A stretch of DNA of 64,000 nt from Eledone cirrhosa (lineage: Eukaryota), in contig OZ024744.1 of the NCBI GenBank assembly GCA_964016885.1, forward strand, positions 41,602,001 through 41,666,000, written 5' to 3'. Position 1 is the first letter of the stretch, and each line of letters starts with the position of its first letter. Below are positions 44,101-57,745 of this stretch, piece by piece. Position numbers and translations under genes: made by a program. The notes beneath the pieces are model-generated. The model was not told the origin of the DNA, did no database searches, and saw only the letters and a list, made by a program, of their open reading frames with translations.

Positions 44101-46908
44101 ACCTCTTCATCACCTTCACGTGCAACCCGAAGGCGGATGAGATCACCCGAGAACTTTTTCCAGGGCAGTCATACCACCACCGCCTTGACCTCATAGCGAG
44201 GGCTTTCGAGAGGAACATACAGAAAATGAAGGCATGTTGTGCAAAAGCCAACATCTTCGGCCCTGTTAGATGCCATACGTACACCGTAGAATGGCAGAAA
44301 CGGGGCCTGCCTCACATTCATCTGTTACTGTGGCTGCAGAACAAGATCAACTACAACGACATCGACAAATTTATCTGCGCAGAGATCCCCAACCCTGCCA
44401 CCGACAAACAACTCTTCGACGTCGTCACGACTTCCATGATACACGGACCCTGTTATCCGGGTTCTAACCATTCGTGTCAGAAAGACGGGATCTGTAGTAA
44501 GAGGTACCCTAGGAAATTTGTTTCAGAGACCCAGACATGGTACGACGGCTATCCCCTGTACAGGCGCCGGTCGCCTGAAGACGGTGGTTTTACTGCCATT
44601 GTAAGGGGCAAGCAAGTCGACAATCGATGGGTGGTCCCTTATTGTCCACTTCTCACTTCGACGTTCCAAGCCCACATTAATGTGGAATTCTGTAGCTCAG
44701 TTAAATCGATTAAATATGTTTGCAAGTACGTCAACAAGGGCTGCGATTCCACCGCATTCGCCAGGTACATAAGTACAAACGAAGCGTTTTGGCGAACTTT
44801 TGGTTTTTCTATCCATGAAAGGTACCCAAAAATCACAAACATGGCGGTCCACTTAGAGAACGGACAGTGGGTTTACTTTACGGCCGCAAATGATGCTCAA
44901 GTTGCGGCTAACCCCAAAGAAACCACGTTAACCGCTTTCTTTAAGCTCTGTCACGTAGACGCTTTTGCTAATTTACCCTCAGGTGCCGTCCTACTTCACT
45001 TGGCGCCGCAATAGCTGGGTACAGCGAAAAACTGGTAAGGCAGTTTAATCGCATCCGGGAGTTAAATTTTCTGACTGCCTCGGTAGAGTCTACACGGTTC
45101 CTCCAACCCAACCTGAGTGCTTTCACCTGCGCATTCTTCTGCACGAGGTCAAGGGGCCGCAAGGTTTCTTTGATTTAAAAACAGTAAACGGGGAACTTTG
45201 CAACACTTTTCGAGAAGCCTGCTTTAGGCTTGGTCTCTTGGAAGATGACTCCCAATGGGACTCGACCCTCGCCGATGGTGCTCTGCTGAAATCCCCACAG
45301 AAATTAAGGGAACTGTTTGCCTTTTTGCTGCACAATTGTGGCTTAGCTAACCCTTCAGCCCTTTGGCTGAAGTACAGGGACGATTTGTGCGAGGACTTCA
45401 TCCGCACAGCCAAACGGCAAAATCCGTCTTTAGAAGTGGTGTTCACCAAAATCATTTACAACCAAGGGCTAATTTCCATCCAAGAAGAGCTCCTTCAACT
45501 AGGGGGGATGACTTGCCAACATACGGCTTGCCAGCCACCAGCAGGGAAAATGTTAGTGTGCTGGGTCCAGATATTCTGTTGGGGACATCTTACGATGTCG
45601 CATGTTGACAACTTTCCTAGATGAAAATGAACGTAAGCTTCTTCCCGAGCAAAGGGTTTCTTATGAGACTGTCGTTGACAGTGCACTGAGTGGATTAGGT
45701 TGTGTCTTCTTTCTTGATGCCTCTGGCAGTACAGGCAAAACCTTCGTTACCTCCCTCATTTTGGCGCGTCTTCGACAACAAAAAAAGATTGCCCTTGCGG
45801 TCGCCTCATCGGGGATCGCCGCTACCTTGCTGCCTGGAGGGAAGAGGGCTCATGGTGCCTTTAAGCTTCCGTTGGACATCGCACGAACTGATACGCCGAC
45901 GTGCAACATTAGCAAGCACTCCGATAAAGCGGCACTTCTCGCAAAATGTTGCCTCATTGTGTGGGACGAATGTACCATGGCACATAATGGTGCTCTGGAG
46001 GCAGTAGATAGGAGTTTAAAAGATATCAAGAACTCCTCGGCACCCTTGGGTGGCGTGACTTTACTGCTTTCGGGTGACTTCAGGCAAACGCTGCCTGTTA
46101 TACCCAAAGGGACAAGGGCTGATGAAGTCCGCGCATGCCTGAAGTCGTCGACGCTTTGGCCTATCGTTCGGACACTCCGCCTGAGCGTTAACATGCGGGC
46201 GCAGTTGCTCGAGGACAGCACGTCTGCCGAATTCGGCCAGGCCATCCTAGCTATAGGGGAAGGCCGACTTCCTTCCAACGAAAAGGGTGAGGTGTCGCTG
46301 GCATCTGTCAGTAATACAGTTGACAGTCCTCAGGCCCTTTTAGAAGCTGTTTTTCCAAACCTACAGGTTAACTACACTAACTTAGATTGGCTTAGTTCAA
46401 GAGCCATCCTAGACCCCAAAAACTCAATTACGCAAAAAAATCGATAAAACTCAATAATTCACGATATACCTCTCTCATAAATCTGATATCGAAACTGAAG
46501 ATTACGACCCTAAATGGTGGACAGTTCGAAATACTGCTGCTGCTGTGCTTCTGGCTGTTGCTCATCTCATTCTATCAGGCTCTTCCAACAACTTTACAGT
46601 ACTTTATCATCCGTTAAAAAAAAACTGTTTTTTGGCTGTTTTTTGTTTTCGACAGAAAATTTATTACGATTTCTTAATATATATTTTTTTTTTGTGTTCC
46701 CTTTTTGTGATTTTTGTTGGTTTCTTGGTTGAAAAAAGAAGATGGTAAAACCGGGTTGAAGAGATTTTCATTTCTAAATTCTATTATCATTACAACTTTG
46801 ACATATTTTATGTAAAGTGAATATGAGAAAAAAAATTCTTCATATTTATTGTTTCCTAATCTGAATAAAAACAGCAGTAACCCGGGCAACGCCGGGTCAT
46901 TCAGCTAG
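41137..46908 (+). mobile_element. Helitron (5772 bp), decayed autonomous type
   Basis: A|TCTATATACATAAAAC 5' end; 3' hairpin ACCCGG-gcaacg-CCGGGT (46880-46897) and CTAG|T; no target duplication. Confidence 0.95.
42294..46447 (+). pseudogene. Helitron Rep/helicase (HUH Rep + PIF1-like helicase), disrupted
   Basis: CQFCGAEKWPGE..CC zinc motif; GRPDLFITFTCNP, VEWQKRGLPHIHLLLW, KYVCKYVNKG; FLDASGSTGKTF, IVWDECTM, GDFRQTLPVI. In-frame TAA at 43290-43292, frameshifts near 44990-45600, C-terminal helicase motifs missing. Confidence 0.93.
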
Positions 46909-47430
46909 TAACAGATAAAATATAATGTTATGGGACAGGGAAAAGAAGGCATGCACAGTAGTGGAAGTTAGCTGCCCAGCAGATGCCAATATAATATCAA
47001 ATATTAGCGAAAATGAGAATATTTATGCAGAACTGATGAGAAATCTACAGATACTCCACCCTGATTACACCTCCAGATTTATGCCTGTGGTTATTGGGGC
47101 ACTGGGATATGTTAGTAACTGCCTCAATACAAATCTTGTGAAGCTGGGCTTCATAGAAACAGAAAGAACACAACTAGTTAGGAAATTACAATTACAATCC
47201 ATTAATGGAACAGTAAAAATATGTAAAATATTCCAAAAATTCTGCATCTAATAACTGTATATACACATGTACAGATACAAAGCATATGCACATGCACACG
47301 TACAACTCAAAACATACACATCTACACATACAATAACATCCATACCTGCACACATATGCATACATATCTACCTAGTTGATGTGTAAATTCCAATGAGAGA
47401 GTCTTGTGTCTCTGTTAGAAATCGACTCTC
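46909..47430 (+). mobile_element. R4/Dong-like element, part 2 (restriction-like endonuclease and 3' UTR)
   Basis: IMLWDREKKACTVVEVSCP..IYAELMRNLQ..PVVIGALG continues part 1 across the Helitron. Confidence 0.85.
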
Positions 47431-47899
47431 TCTCTATTGGCAAAAATTTGTGAAATTATAAAACGAGAATAACTTATATACATATGCACATATATAGGTG
47501 GGTGACGGATTACGTTTAACACAACCATATTTCGTCATCACTCTGCACACAAAAAAAACCCAAAGAAAATCGGTCCATTGAAGGGACATCCCAAGTAAAA
47601 TTTTCAGCAAAACAACTGGTTTACTCTTCACAAGGCGGTGATGACTTTGCCGTGCATTTCACCCTTGCTTGTGAAATTCTAAATCTAATTTTGTGTAGTT
47701 CTAAATCTAATTTTATGCCGTTCTAAATCGAATTTTGTGTAGTAAGTTTACATTTTATGTAAAATACTACTTGCGTTTAAATAGTAAATGATTGTTAAAA
47801 AACTTGAAACACTAATAAAATGTTAAAATTTACCTCAAATAATATCAAACACTGGATATCAGCCTCCTCAAAGATCCTGCAGTTTTCATCATCATCATG

Positions 47900-48665
47900 T
47901 CGAGCTTTCTCAGACAACGTTGATAATCATTCTTCTCCACTTGTCTCAATCAAACATGCCGTTCACGAGTTCATTCTTTTCAAGAATCGTGTCTTTGTAA
48001 ACCCGCTCTAGAAACGTAACACAAGGCCAACCTCTTTTTTTTTGTTATGTGTGGGTTCCCATAGCAGTAACCGGTGTAATGCCTCTGCCTGATCTCTTCG
48101 CCATGAGTGACCTATAACATCCAGTCTGTTAGCTTCTATGACGTCTTTAATTGGTCTCAGATCGCTGGAAAGACTCGTTTGGTCAGTACTCCCTCCAACA
48201 TACATTTTGAATGTTCCTCAGTTGTCTTGTATATGTGCCATCTAAACGTCTCTAAACGTCTTTCTATCTCTCTTGTGAGTGTCAAGCACTCTGTTTCATA
48301 TACAAGCACACTTTCAATTGTTGATCAAAAGAACTTAACCTTTAGTTTGATTATTAAATGACATCCATTTTGTTTGCAACCGTCCAGGCTAAGTTAATTC
48401 TAGTGCTCATGTCTTTCTCTGTGACGTTGATCCACGAACCAAGATATGTAAAATCCTCAACTCTTTTTAGGTAATTTCCATTTTGTCACACAATTTTACC
48501 TTCCTTCTGGTTGTAAGCAATATATTCCACCTTCTTCTCATTTATGGGAAGTACAATTGTCTCATCAGCCCATTCCATCCTCTGTAACAACAGCTGTGCT
48601 TTTTCGCAGGTGTCTGATAAGAATGTGATATAATCTGTAAAATGAGCACCAGTTATTACAGTTTC
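47900..48665 (-). mobile_element. Old, highly decayed RTE-like LINE 3' fragment
   Basis: FTDYITFLSD (decayed ADD motif), DFTYLGSWI, RLDVIGHSWR, LLLWEPTH. Confidence 0.65.
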
Positions 48666-48680
48666 AGAATATCCTTAAAA

Positions 48681-48985
48681 AGGCGTGTGTCTTTGTGGTT
48701 AAGGTATTCGGCTCACAACCTTACGGTTGTGAGTTCGATTCCCGGCGGCGCGTTCTGTCCTTGAGCAAAACACTTTATTTTCATGTTGCTCCAGTCCACT
48801 CAACTGGCAAGAATGAGTTGTACCTGTAATTCGAAGCGTCACGCTGAATCTCCCGGAGAACTACGTTAAGGATACGCGTATTTGTGGAATGCTCAATCAC
48901 TTGCACGTTAATTTCACGAGCAGGTTGTTCTGTTGATCTGATCAACTGGAACACTCGTTGTCGTAACCGACGGAGTGCCAGTTAA
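48681..48985 (+). mobile_element. tRNA-derived SINE with a 15-bp target-site duplication
   Basis: TGTGGTTAAG A box, GAGTTCGATTCC B box; TSD AGAATATCCTTAAAA at 48666-48680 and 48986-49000. Confidence 0.85.
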
Positions 48986-51339
48986 AGAATATCCTTAAAA
49001 TAAATCTTGTAGAAAGGGTTTCACCAAAATCGATATGACAGAAGACAGTTTGTCTGAATGTTCAGTTTCGAAGTAGAATCGAAACCGAAACCATATAGTT
49101 GTCAAACGAATCTCTCCTCTATACTTAGATGATTGACATCTGTCAGCATCTGACAGAACTTTTCAGTGGGATACCTGGCCGAAAATTTCATCTGTTACCT
49201 TGCGTATTATTTATCTATGGCAGCAAAAAGTTTTAAAAAATCAAATCAAACTCAACTCAAAAAGAATCAGGATATAGATTCATCCAACAGAATTTAGTGA
49301 AATCCAGGGAAAAATCAATAGAGCCTTAACTCATGATAAAATAAAGTTTAAAATACTCATCCTTCAATTTGGGACAACTACAAATGCTCTGTATAGTCTT
49401 GAAGACTATTTCACGAAAACTTTCAGTGGAGATGGTCACGGTTGGAATCCGATCCTCAGCAGAGCTCAACTCGATAACCAAAATTTCTCACTGATTAATA
49501 TGCCAAAAAGGGAATTAAAAGCAGGCTAGTTCACCATCATGCGTGATTATGAAAATAAAACGCACATGTGGAAAGACAGGGCTGGTGACGTCAGAATGAG
49601 ACGAATGTTTGTTTACAAGAAACAACAGTCAAAAACATTCCGAAAAAAACTCTACAATAAGGAGTTCAGCAAAAAGCAATATTATCGCGGTTACAAAAAG
49701 GATAGTTACTTTAATCCATCCCTATTTATTTTCTTATATGTGTTTCGAAGATGCATGGCTAATGTATAACATAAGTCAAAACATGTTCTCTTCAGATAAA
49801 ATCCACAGGAGATATAGATATTATTTGATATGTAGGCGATCAGACGAACTATTCAGTTCAGTGGCCGGCAAGCATATGCGTGGAAAAAATCCCCTCACAG
49901 AAGATATTGTATGAGTGGGAAAAATATTACAGTTGGTGTTGACGTTTTTGAAGTGGCTAGAGTATGAGGTTACCGGATTGGTCAAATAGATAAAAAGAAA
50001 ACAAGTGTGGACCGTTAGTCTATTTATTTATCACTTATGTTAGATTAAATTAAATACTATATCGAAACTATAGAAATTTTAGATATTTATTCAAAGATGC
50101 TGAAGTTATAATGTTACATTTTAAATTACTAATTTCGTGGTCAATTTATCTTTGTTTACATTTACAATTGTCTTTTAGTAGATATTATATGAGTGGAAAA
50201 ATATTTAACAGTTGGCGTTGTTATTTATTTGAACTGGCTAGAGTGTCATGTTACCGGATTAATCAATTAGTTCAAAGGAAAAGATGTATGTATTGTAGCC
50301 TATTTTATCATTTTATGTTAGATTTAATTTACTTTAAAATTATTAAAAATTTAAGATAGATGTTAAAGTTATAATTGTTTCTACTTTTGGCACAAGGCCA
50401 GTAATTACCCAATGCATTACTGGTACTTTATATTATCGACCCCTTAAGGATGAAAGCAAAGTTAACTTCGGCGGGATTTGAACTCAGAATGGCAAGGGCT
50501 ATAACTCTATGCGTCAAAGCATGGCGTCCGACCCTCTACCGATACTGCCAATCCACCGCCAATGAAGAAATAGTATACTATTTATTCCATAGTCTATTTA
50601 GCTTTATTTACTTTTTAGCAACAAATTAGCTTGAAACTATAGATAAAGAAATTTTGGATTGTTTATTACATAGTCTACTTAGTTTCATTTAAATTTTACC
50701 TAAATACCCTATGAAGAGTCTTGCTGAATTTGTGAAGACAAGAACTAAAAAATCTCAGCATTTATTTATGATTATTTGTCTATTGGCTATGATGTGAAGT
50801 TGTCTCTGTGGTACAGAGGTCACACCCCTTAGATATAGATGCATTTTCATAAGGAAAGGCATGAGCAAGTTTCTGCCAAGAAAGGGAGTATTCAATACTA
50901 TTATTTTTAAGCGACCAAATCAATTCTGAGAGGACCGTGCTAAATCTTTTATCTTTTCTTTTAAACGAGTGGTGATGGTTATACTTCTTTCTTTAAATTT
51001 AGAAGATATTTAGTTGCACCAATATAACTATAAGACTTATCATTCGTTTTAACTATGCCTTTATGAACTAAATTCCTATGAAGACAGTTATTATTTAGTG
51101 GCAAAATTCGATTTTTACAATTAGAATTATTTCCGTTACTATTCAAAATTCCCTCTCTGTGTCCGTATGTCGGCAGGTTTCTCTCATCTATGTTAATGGT
51201 ATTATCACTAATATTCTATTATCACTAATATTCTATTAGTGATTTTATGTTTACTATTGTGAGTTATCTCCCTATGTTTAATTCCAAGATTTCTATTGTT
51301 AATCTTTGCTACATTTTCGGCAATATTTTTAGTAGTCGA

Positions 51340-51408
<69 letters not shown>

Positions 51409-51409
<1 letters not shown>

Positions 51410-52219
51410 TAGCCGAATTATCTGCGCCTTGCTGCGTTTCACACATTTTTTTTGTAAGAAAATGATGACTGATTTTAAATCAGTGATATAATTTATTGAG
51501 AAAAAATCTGCATTTCAATATTACTCAATGTAAAATGTAATGCATGAAAAATTGGAATACATTATTTTTTGTAATATATCAAATCAAAATTACATTATTA
51601 AATCTTATTCTTATTTTGTTTCTTGTAAATAATTTTTTTCAAAATATCAATTCAAAACTTGATCATTTCATGTTTGTGTAAAGCATTATTTTATTATTTT
51701 ATTATTTTATTATTTTAAAGGGCGGTGAATTGGTAGTATCGGTAGAGGGTTGGACGCCATGCTTTCTAGCATAGTTACGTCCCTTTACACTTTGTGTTCA
51801 AATCCCGCCGAGGTTAACTTTGCTTTTCATCCTTATGGGGTCGATAAAATAAAGTACCAGTAATGTACTGGTTAATTGCTGGCCTTGTGCCAAAAGTAGA
51901 AACAAATATTTTATTAGGGCTTCCAAAATGTTCACTATAGGGGGTTTAACCCCCATAGCGTGTCTTAATATTATTGAAATTTGCTGAAATGTTGTGAATA
52001 GACATCATATCTTATCATTTACCTATGGTTTAAATTTCATATAAATCGAAGGGAAAAGATTTTCAACGGGGGTTTGTGCACCGGGGAACCCTTTGATTAA
52101 AATGACATATACTTATCCAAGTATCATGGGCAATGTAGTTTCAGAATATATATGGTTATGGGGTCTATCTCCAAAACCATAGGAGGAGTTCGTGAACAAA
52201 CAAACAGACAGGAAGTACA

Positions 52220-52230
<11 letters not shown>
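51409..52230 (-). mobile_element. Non-autonomous Helitron carrying an inserted OK-like SINE
   Basis: Minus-strand 3' end: decayed GC hairpin then CTAG|T; 5' TATATATAAAGTTGTACTTCCTGTCTGTTTG. Confidence 0.6.
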
Positions 52231-52273
<43 letters not shown>

Positions 52274-52274
52274 T

Positions 52275-52307
<33 letters not shown>

Positions 52308-52309
52308 CA

Positions 52310-55300
52310 GAGGTTATATTTAATTTGTTGGGATTCAACAAGCTTAAACATGTTATAACTGATATAAAACACTCAACAGATTAGTGGAGTAAATATTCAA
52401 TATATTTATAAATGGAAACTATATTTATAAAACCATAATTATTTTATTATATATATTTCAAGGGCAACCAAGGCAAATTATGGTGCGCTTTCATCAGATA
52501 AAATACAAATTTGTTTTATAAATAAATATTGACATACCCACAAAAAGACAACCTTAACGGTTAAGGTTCGCTGGATAGTGGAAATAATATTTTATTGAGG
52601 GTGATTCAAAGTTATGAGTGAGTATGCAAATGAGTGTCAGAAAAATTGAAAAAACAACGGTTTATTTAAATTAAACTGTTGGAAGAAAGTATTGAAAAGG
52701 AGATATAAAAGGGAGAGAGAAAATATATTGAAAGGGAGAGAGAAAGAATAGTGAAAGGGAGAGAGAAGAAAAGAGAAAGAGAAAGAGAGAAGAAGAAAGA
52801 GAAAGGGTGATAATAAGAGGGGGAAAGAAAGACAAGATTATACATAGTGATAATGAAGAGAAGCGAGCGAAGAAATGAGTTTTTCATGGATGAATACTCA
52901 AATCGTAAATATAACGTTCATTATGCTATGTTTATAATATTTATAATGATAAGTTAAAAATTAAATTAAGAATAAATAAAAATAAATAAAAATAAATAAA
53001 AATAAATAAAATATAGTTAAAATTTAAAAATATAGTTAAAATTTAATAAAAAATTTAATTTAAAATAGGATATATTACAAAAAGAAGTATTTAAAATATA
53101 TTAAGATGTATTAATAATATATGGGTTTAGATGGGTATGTTATGTTATAGATTATAAATGATTTAAATGTATAGTATTTTACATTGGAAAAAAACTTAAT
53201 ATTGTTTATTTAATTAAAGTAAGTTTGGCAAAATTATAAGTTAGCCAGAATTTGTTAATAGTTGTAAGTCACCTAAATAATTCTAAAAATTACTAAAAAT
53301 TACGAGAGTTTACAAAGGAATAAGTACTTAATTAGAAGTATATACTAAAACCATTTAAAAATTCAGACTATAAAAATTGAGATTATAAAAATAATAAGGA
53401 AGTTTAAAGGAAGTTAAAAGGGATTTTTTTTAAAACTCAAAAGACTCCAAGGATACATAAAAATCTCTTTAAAAATGTATAAGAAGTTATAAAAGTTATA
53501 AAAATTCATCTTAAAATATAATTAAAACATAAACCATATATTATTCCACATATATATAAATATTTGGAAATATATGAAAATACATAAATATTAAAAATGT
53601 TTAAAATATTGGAAGATATACAAATATTGGAAGATATGAAAATAATGGTTTTTCCGTATCTTTCAAAAGGATCTTTCAAAAAGATTTTTCAAAAAATATT
53701 TTACCAAAACCCTTTAAAAAATTCTCAGAAAGTCTTTCAAAGGAAATTTTTAGAATTTTCAAAACGTTTTCTTAAAAGAATTTCAAGTAGTCATACAAAC
53801 AAGTTATGATATATTTTTGGAGGTAGGATAGTGTAATAATACAAAGTATATTTATGAAGTAGAAATATTAGAAAGTAATGGTTTTAAGGAGTAAATTAAA
53901 AATTTGATAAGTGTATATTTCTACTTCATAAATATACTTTAAGGTTAGCATTATATTAATCTGAGGGATGAGATTATAGGTGTTTGGATATAGAAAACAT
54001 TATGTAAGGAAGATTAACCATATATTACATTTTATATATATATATAAAAGTTGAATTTATCTAAAAGTTGAATTAGTTTACAAAAACTAAATAAATTATT
54101 ACACAAATTAATAGAGTTCTTACATTTTAGTATAAAGAATATTTCTTCGACGCATAGGCTCCAAAATTTGGATAAAGCTGTGTAGGCTGGTGCTTTAGAG
54201 ACAATTTTCCAAGATAAAGAGTAGTTTATATTCTTGGATTTTAAGTTCCAAAATAAGTTGGATAGAGAGGTTGAAGATTTTTTACCAATATTCGTAAAGG
54301 AACATTTATGGTTATCGAAACGAGATTTGAAGTCTGTCGAAGTAGAGCCGACATAATTAAAGGAATTATCATTGGTTTTGACATTGCAATTGTATACTAT
54401 ATTTTTAACTAAACAGTTATTAATTAAAGGACAGTTAGATTTATTTTTACAATTACATTTATCAGAATTTATATTATTGGGAACAGTATCATTATATTGG
54501 ATATTGCTAGACGTATTAATGCTATTCTGGTTCAGTTTTAAGTTTCTATTATTAATTCTATTTATATTCTGCGCTAAATTCATAGTGGTAGAATATGATA
54601 GTTTAATTGTATGTCTGTTAAAGATTGAGTGATACCTATGTGTCTTGGGAAAACAATTATCGAGAGCTTTAAAAAATAGTTTAGCTATTGGAGTTTTATT
54701 ACTTAATGAGAAAAGAGGAGCGAACCATAACACATTTCTAGTTCTATTTATTCTTTTAATTTTAGAGTTTGTGCTAGGTTTCTTGGTTTCTTATTATAAT
54801 TATAATTATAATTATGGTTAATTGGCGTATCTTTATTATCGATGTATGTTCAAATCCTGCCGAGGTTAACTTTGCCTTTCATCCTTACGGGGTCGATAAA
54901 ATAAAGTACCAGTAATGCACTGGGTAATTGCTGGCCTTGTGCCTAAAGTAGAAACAATTATTATAGCCTGCTCTACTTAAATCTTCGTTATAATATTGTG
55001 CTTTATCTTCAAATATATTTTTATTCGCTGTACGGAATTTACAATAGTGTTTTTAACGGATCTCGGATGATTGGAATTCCAATTAACATAGTTTAAATTC
55101 TCCATAATTTATGAAATGGATAATAAAGACCAGTATTAAGGTTTAATGTTACATCTAAAAAATAAACTATTTTATAATTATTCTCTACTTCTACCTTAAG
55201 ATTAAAGCTATTAAAAAATTGTATTATTCATTTTCTTTTCCTATTGATTTCACAATTATTATTATTTTCAATTAGCAATAGCATATCATCACGATATAAA

Positions 55301-55765
55301 CCACCGGTCATCTCTGGTATTTTTCTATGTAAAGTATTGTTAATAAAAAGCCCTACAATATCCGTTAATTGCGCCGAGTCCGATGACCCCATAGTAATAT
55401 CGAAATTGTTATCTCTATCTGCTCTAGTCCAAAGATGGTTGTTAAATTTAATTAAGGTTTTACGTGCAGTTAAGATGATGTGCATCTCATCGCTAGATAA
55501 ATCAGTATATTTAAATGCGTATGTAAGAGCTTTATTAAGTAAATTAGGAGTGATAGATGAGTTATAATTAGCAATATCCAAATGAATGAATTTATTGTCA
55601 TGCTTATATGTTATGTCCTTAAACTAGTCAATATCTTCATTAGTCACATTCCATAATTTTAAGTAAGATATTTCTTTAAGTTGCGGTATGATTCTATCTA
55701 AGATATTTTTGCTAACTATGCTAATGTCCGATTTAGATGGTGCAATAAGTCTAACTGGTAATTCT
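52310..55765 (-). mobile_element. 5'-truncated Penelope-like element (RT + GIY-YIG), Naiad-like, with long AT-rich 3' UTR and terminal HHR
   Basis: FIHLDIANYNSSI, FDITMGSSDSAQLTDIVGL, GLYRDDML; CNCKNKSNCPLINNCL, NIVY...YVGST..FKSRFDNH, WKIVSKAPAY..LCVEE. Stops present; SINE inserted at 54846-54962. Clade call is from recalled motifs. Confidence 0.9.
52440..52505 (-). ncRNA. Type I hammerhead ribozyme in the PLE 3' terminal repeat
   Basis: TATTTTAT-CTGATGA-AAGCGCACCA...TGGTTGCCCTT-GAAA-TATATA-TA^ATAAAATA; perfect 8-bp stem I. Confidence 0.85.
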
Positions 55766-55804
55766 ATTTACGGCTTCTTTTCTTCTTTCTTCCTATCACT
55801 TCTG

Positions 55805-55953
55805 CTAGCCAACACTTAGGGTAGTAGAATGGGTAATAGAAAAAGAGTCAGGAACCCGACGGCTGAGATCCGGCCGTTTCGACTGCTAGATCAGAACTTA
55901 GTTCGGATCCAGCTACCGAAACGGCCGGAACTCAGCCGTCGGGGTGCTGACTC

Positions 55954-56016
<63 letters not shown>

Positions 56017-56196
56017 CGAAGATGTGGTAAGGAACCAGATGGACCATAACGCACCAGAGTACTCAATACTTAGGGTAGTGGAGTGGGTAATAGGAAAAAG
56101 TATGACCCCGACGGCAGAGCACAAGCCGTTTCGACAGCTATTTCTAGAAATAGCCGTCGAAACGGCTTGAGCTTTGCCGTCGGGGTCATACTTTTT

Positions 56197-56200
<4 letters not shown>
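55805..56200. mobile_element. Two short inverted doublets of the GAAACGGC..GCCGTC terminal module
   Basis: 55850-55950 and 56089-56200 palindromes; same family at 14573-14620, 19925-20035, 20205-20432, 32891-33050. Confidence 0.7.
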
Positions 56201-56269
<69 letters not shown>

Positions 56270-57358
56270 CTTTTATTCCGACATCTGGTATACGCAGACA
56301 CATCTTTGTCGTTGTTGATTGTATACCCCAGCCACGCGCGCGCCGTCCCCTCCATCTGCTTGACTTTCTGTTACAGTTCAATCATCAACCAATAATTTCT
56401 TTTCGTGCATTCAGTATGTTGTTGTTGCTGTTGTTGCTGTTGTTTCACGGAGTCGATTTCAAATGAGCAACAGAGACACAGACAGAGCGGTAGTGTGAAA
56501 GAGAGAGAAAGAGAGGAAAGATGGAGAAGAAACCTACACCAATGGTTGACTAGCACTTCTTTCTCATGGGCATTTAAACCTGGCAGAACACTTTCTTTTC
56601 CGGGCTGGAACAAGCTGCTTTCTTCCAGATAGCGTGCGAAGCGATCCCAAAAAACTCTCTCTGGCGCTGACTGGACTCTAATTCATACTTCTCTTATTGA
56701 CCCCGAAATAATGAAATGCATATTTTGCCACGGCTTGTATTTAAACTCAGAGCAGCGACAGCCGGAAAGAATACAGCAAAACACATTTATGCATCCAAAC
56801 AGCTCTGTTAATCTACTGCCACCTAAACTTGTACTTTATTTTATCAATCCTCGAAAGGGTGAAAAGGAAAATTGCAATTTGACCTCGGTGAGATTCGAAC
56901 TCACAACACAGTGTGCGAAATGAATATTGCGAAGTATTCTATCTGACATCCTAACGACTCTGTAATTTCTCCGCCAACTTCATTAGTACTTTATTTTACT
57001 GACCCCGAAAGGATGATAAGTAAAGTTTTAAGTTGGCTTCGGTGTGATTTGAACCTAGGCTCCAGAGAGTTGAAACGAGTACCGCAAATCATTCTAACAG
57101 ACGTTCTAACGAATTCTGTCAATCTGCCGCATGTATATTTCAAAGACAAGTAAATACTGCTTTCTGTTTCTTTATTTCTCTTTCTCTTGGATTCAGTTTG
57201 CATAGGTATGTATACATGTGCGTCTGTATCTATTCCCCCCCTCTCCCCCTCTCTCTCTCTCTCTCTCTCCCTCTCCCTCTCCCTCCCTCTCCCTCTCTCT
57301 CTATATATATACATACATATATGTATGTGTGTCCGTGCACGCGCGTGTGTGTATACAT

Positions 57359-57437
<79 letters not shown>

Positions 57438-57709
57438 TATATATACACATACATACAGCACATATGGATATATAGACACCCATACATACTCACATTCATA
57501 CATCCGGTCCGTCCTTCTCTGTTCCAGATAACAGAATATCCGATATAAACGTTAGGTAAATATTTATTAGGTAATCGAATTATTTACTGGTGCCAAATTT
57601 CCTTTTGTAACCGTTTATCTGCTATAAATGTGCCAATATCTTTAAATAATTGTAAATATAAGTATCGATAGCTGTAAGTAATCAATCAATATAGTTCGGA
57701 AAAGAAGTA

Positions 57710-57744
<35 letters not shown>

Positions 57745-57745
<1 letters not shown>

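Noticed and set aside
49910-50360. Degenerate ~265-bp tandem duplication
   Set aside because: Diverged, with no ribozyme core or terminal motifs seen.
56371-56660. Possible exon (DRFARYLEESSLFQPGKESVLPGLNAHEKEVLVNHW)
   Set aside because: No recognisable homology and no convincing splice sites.
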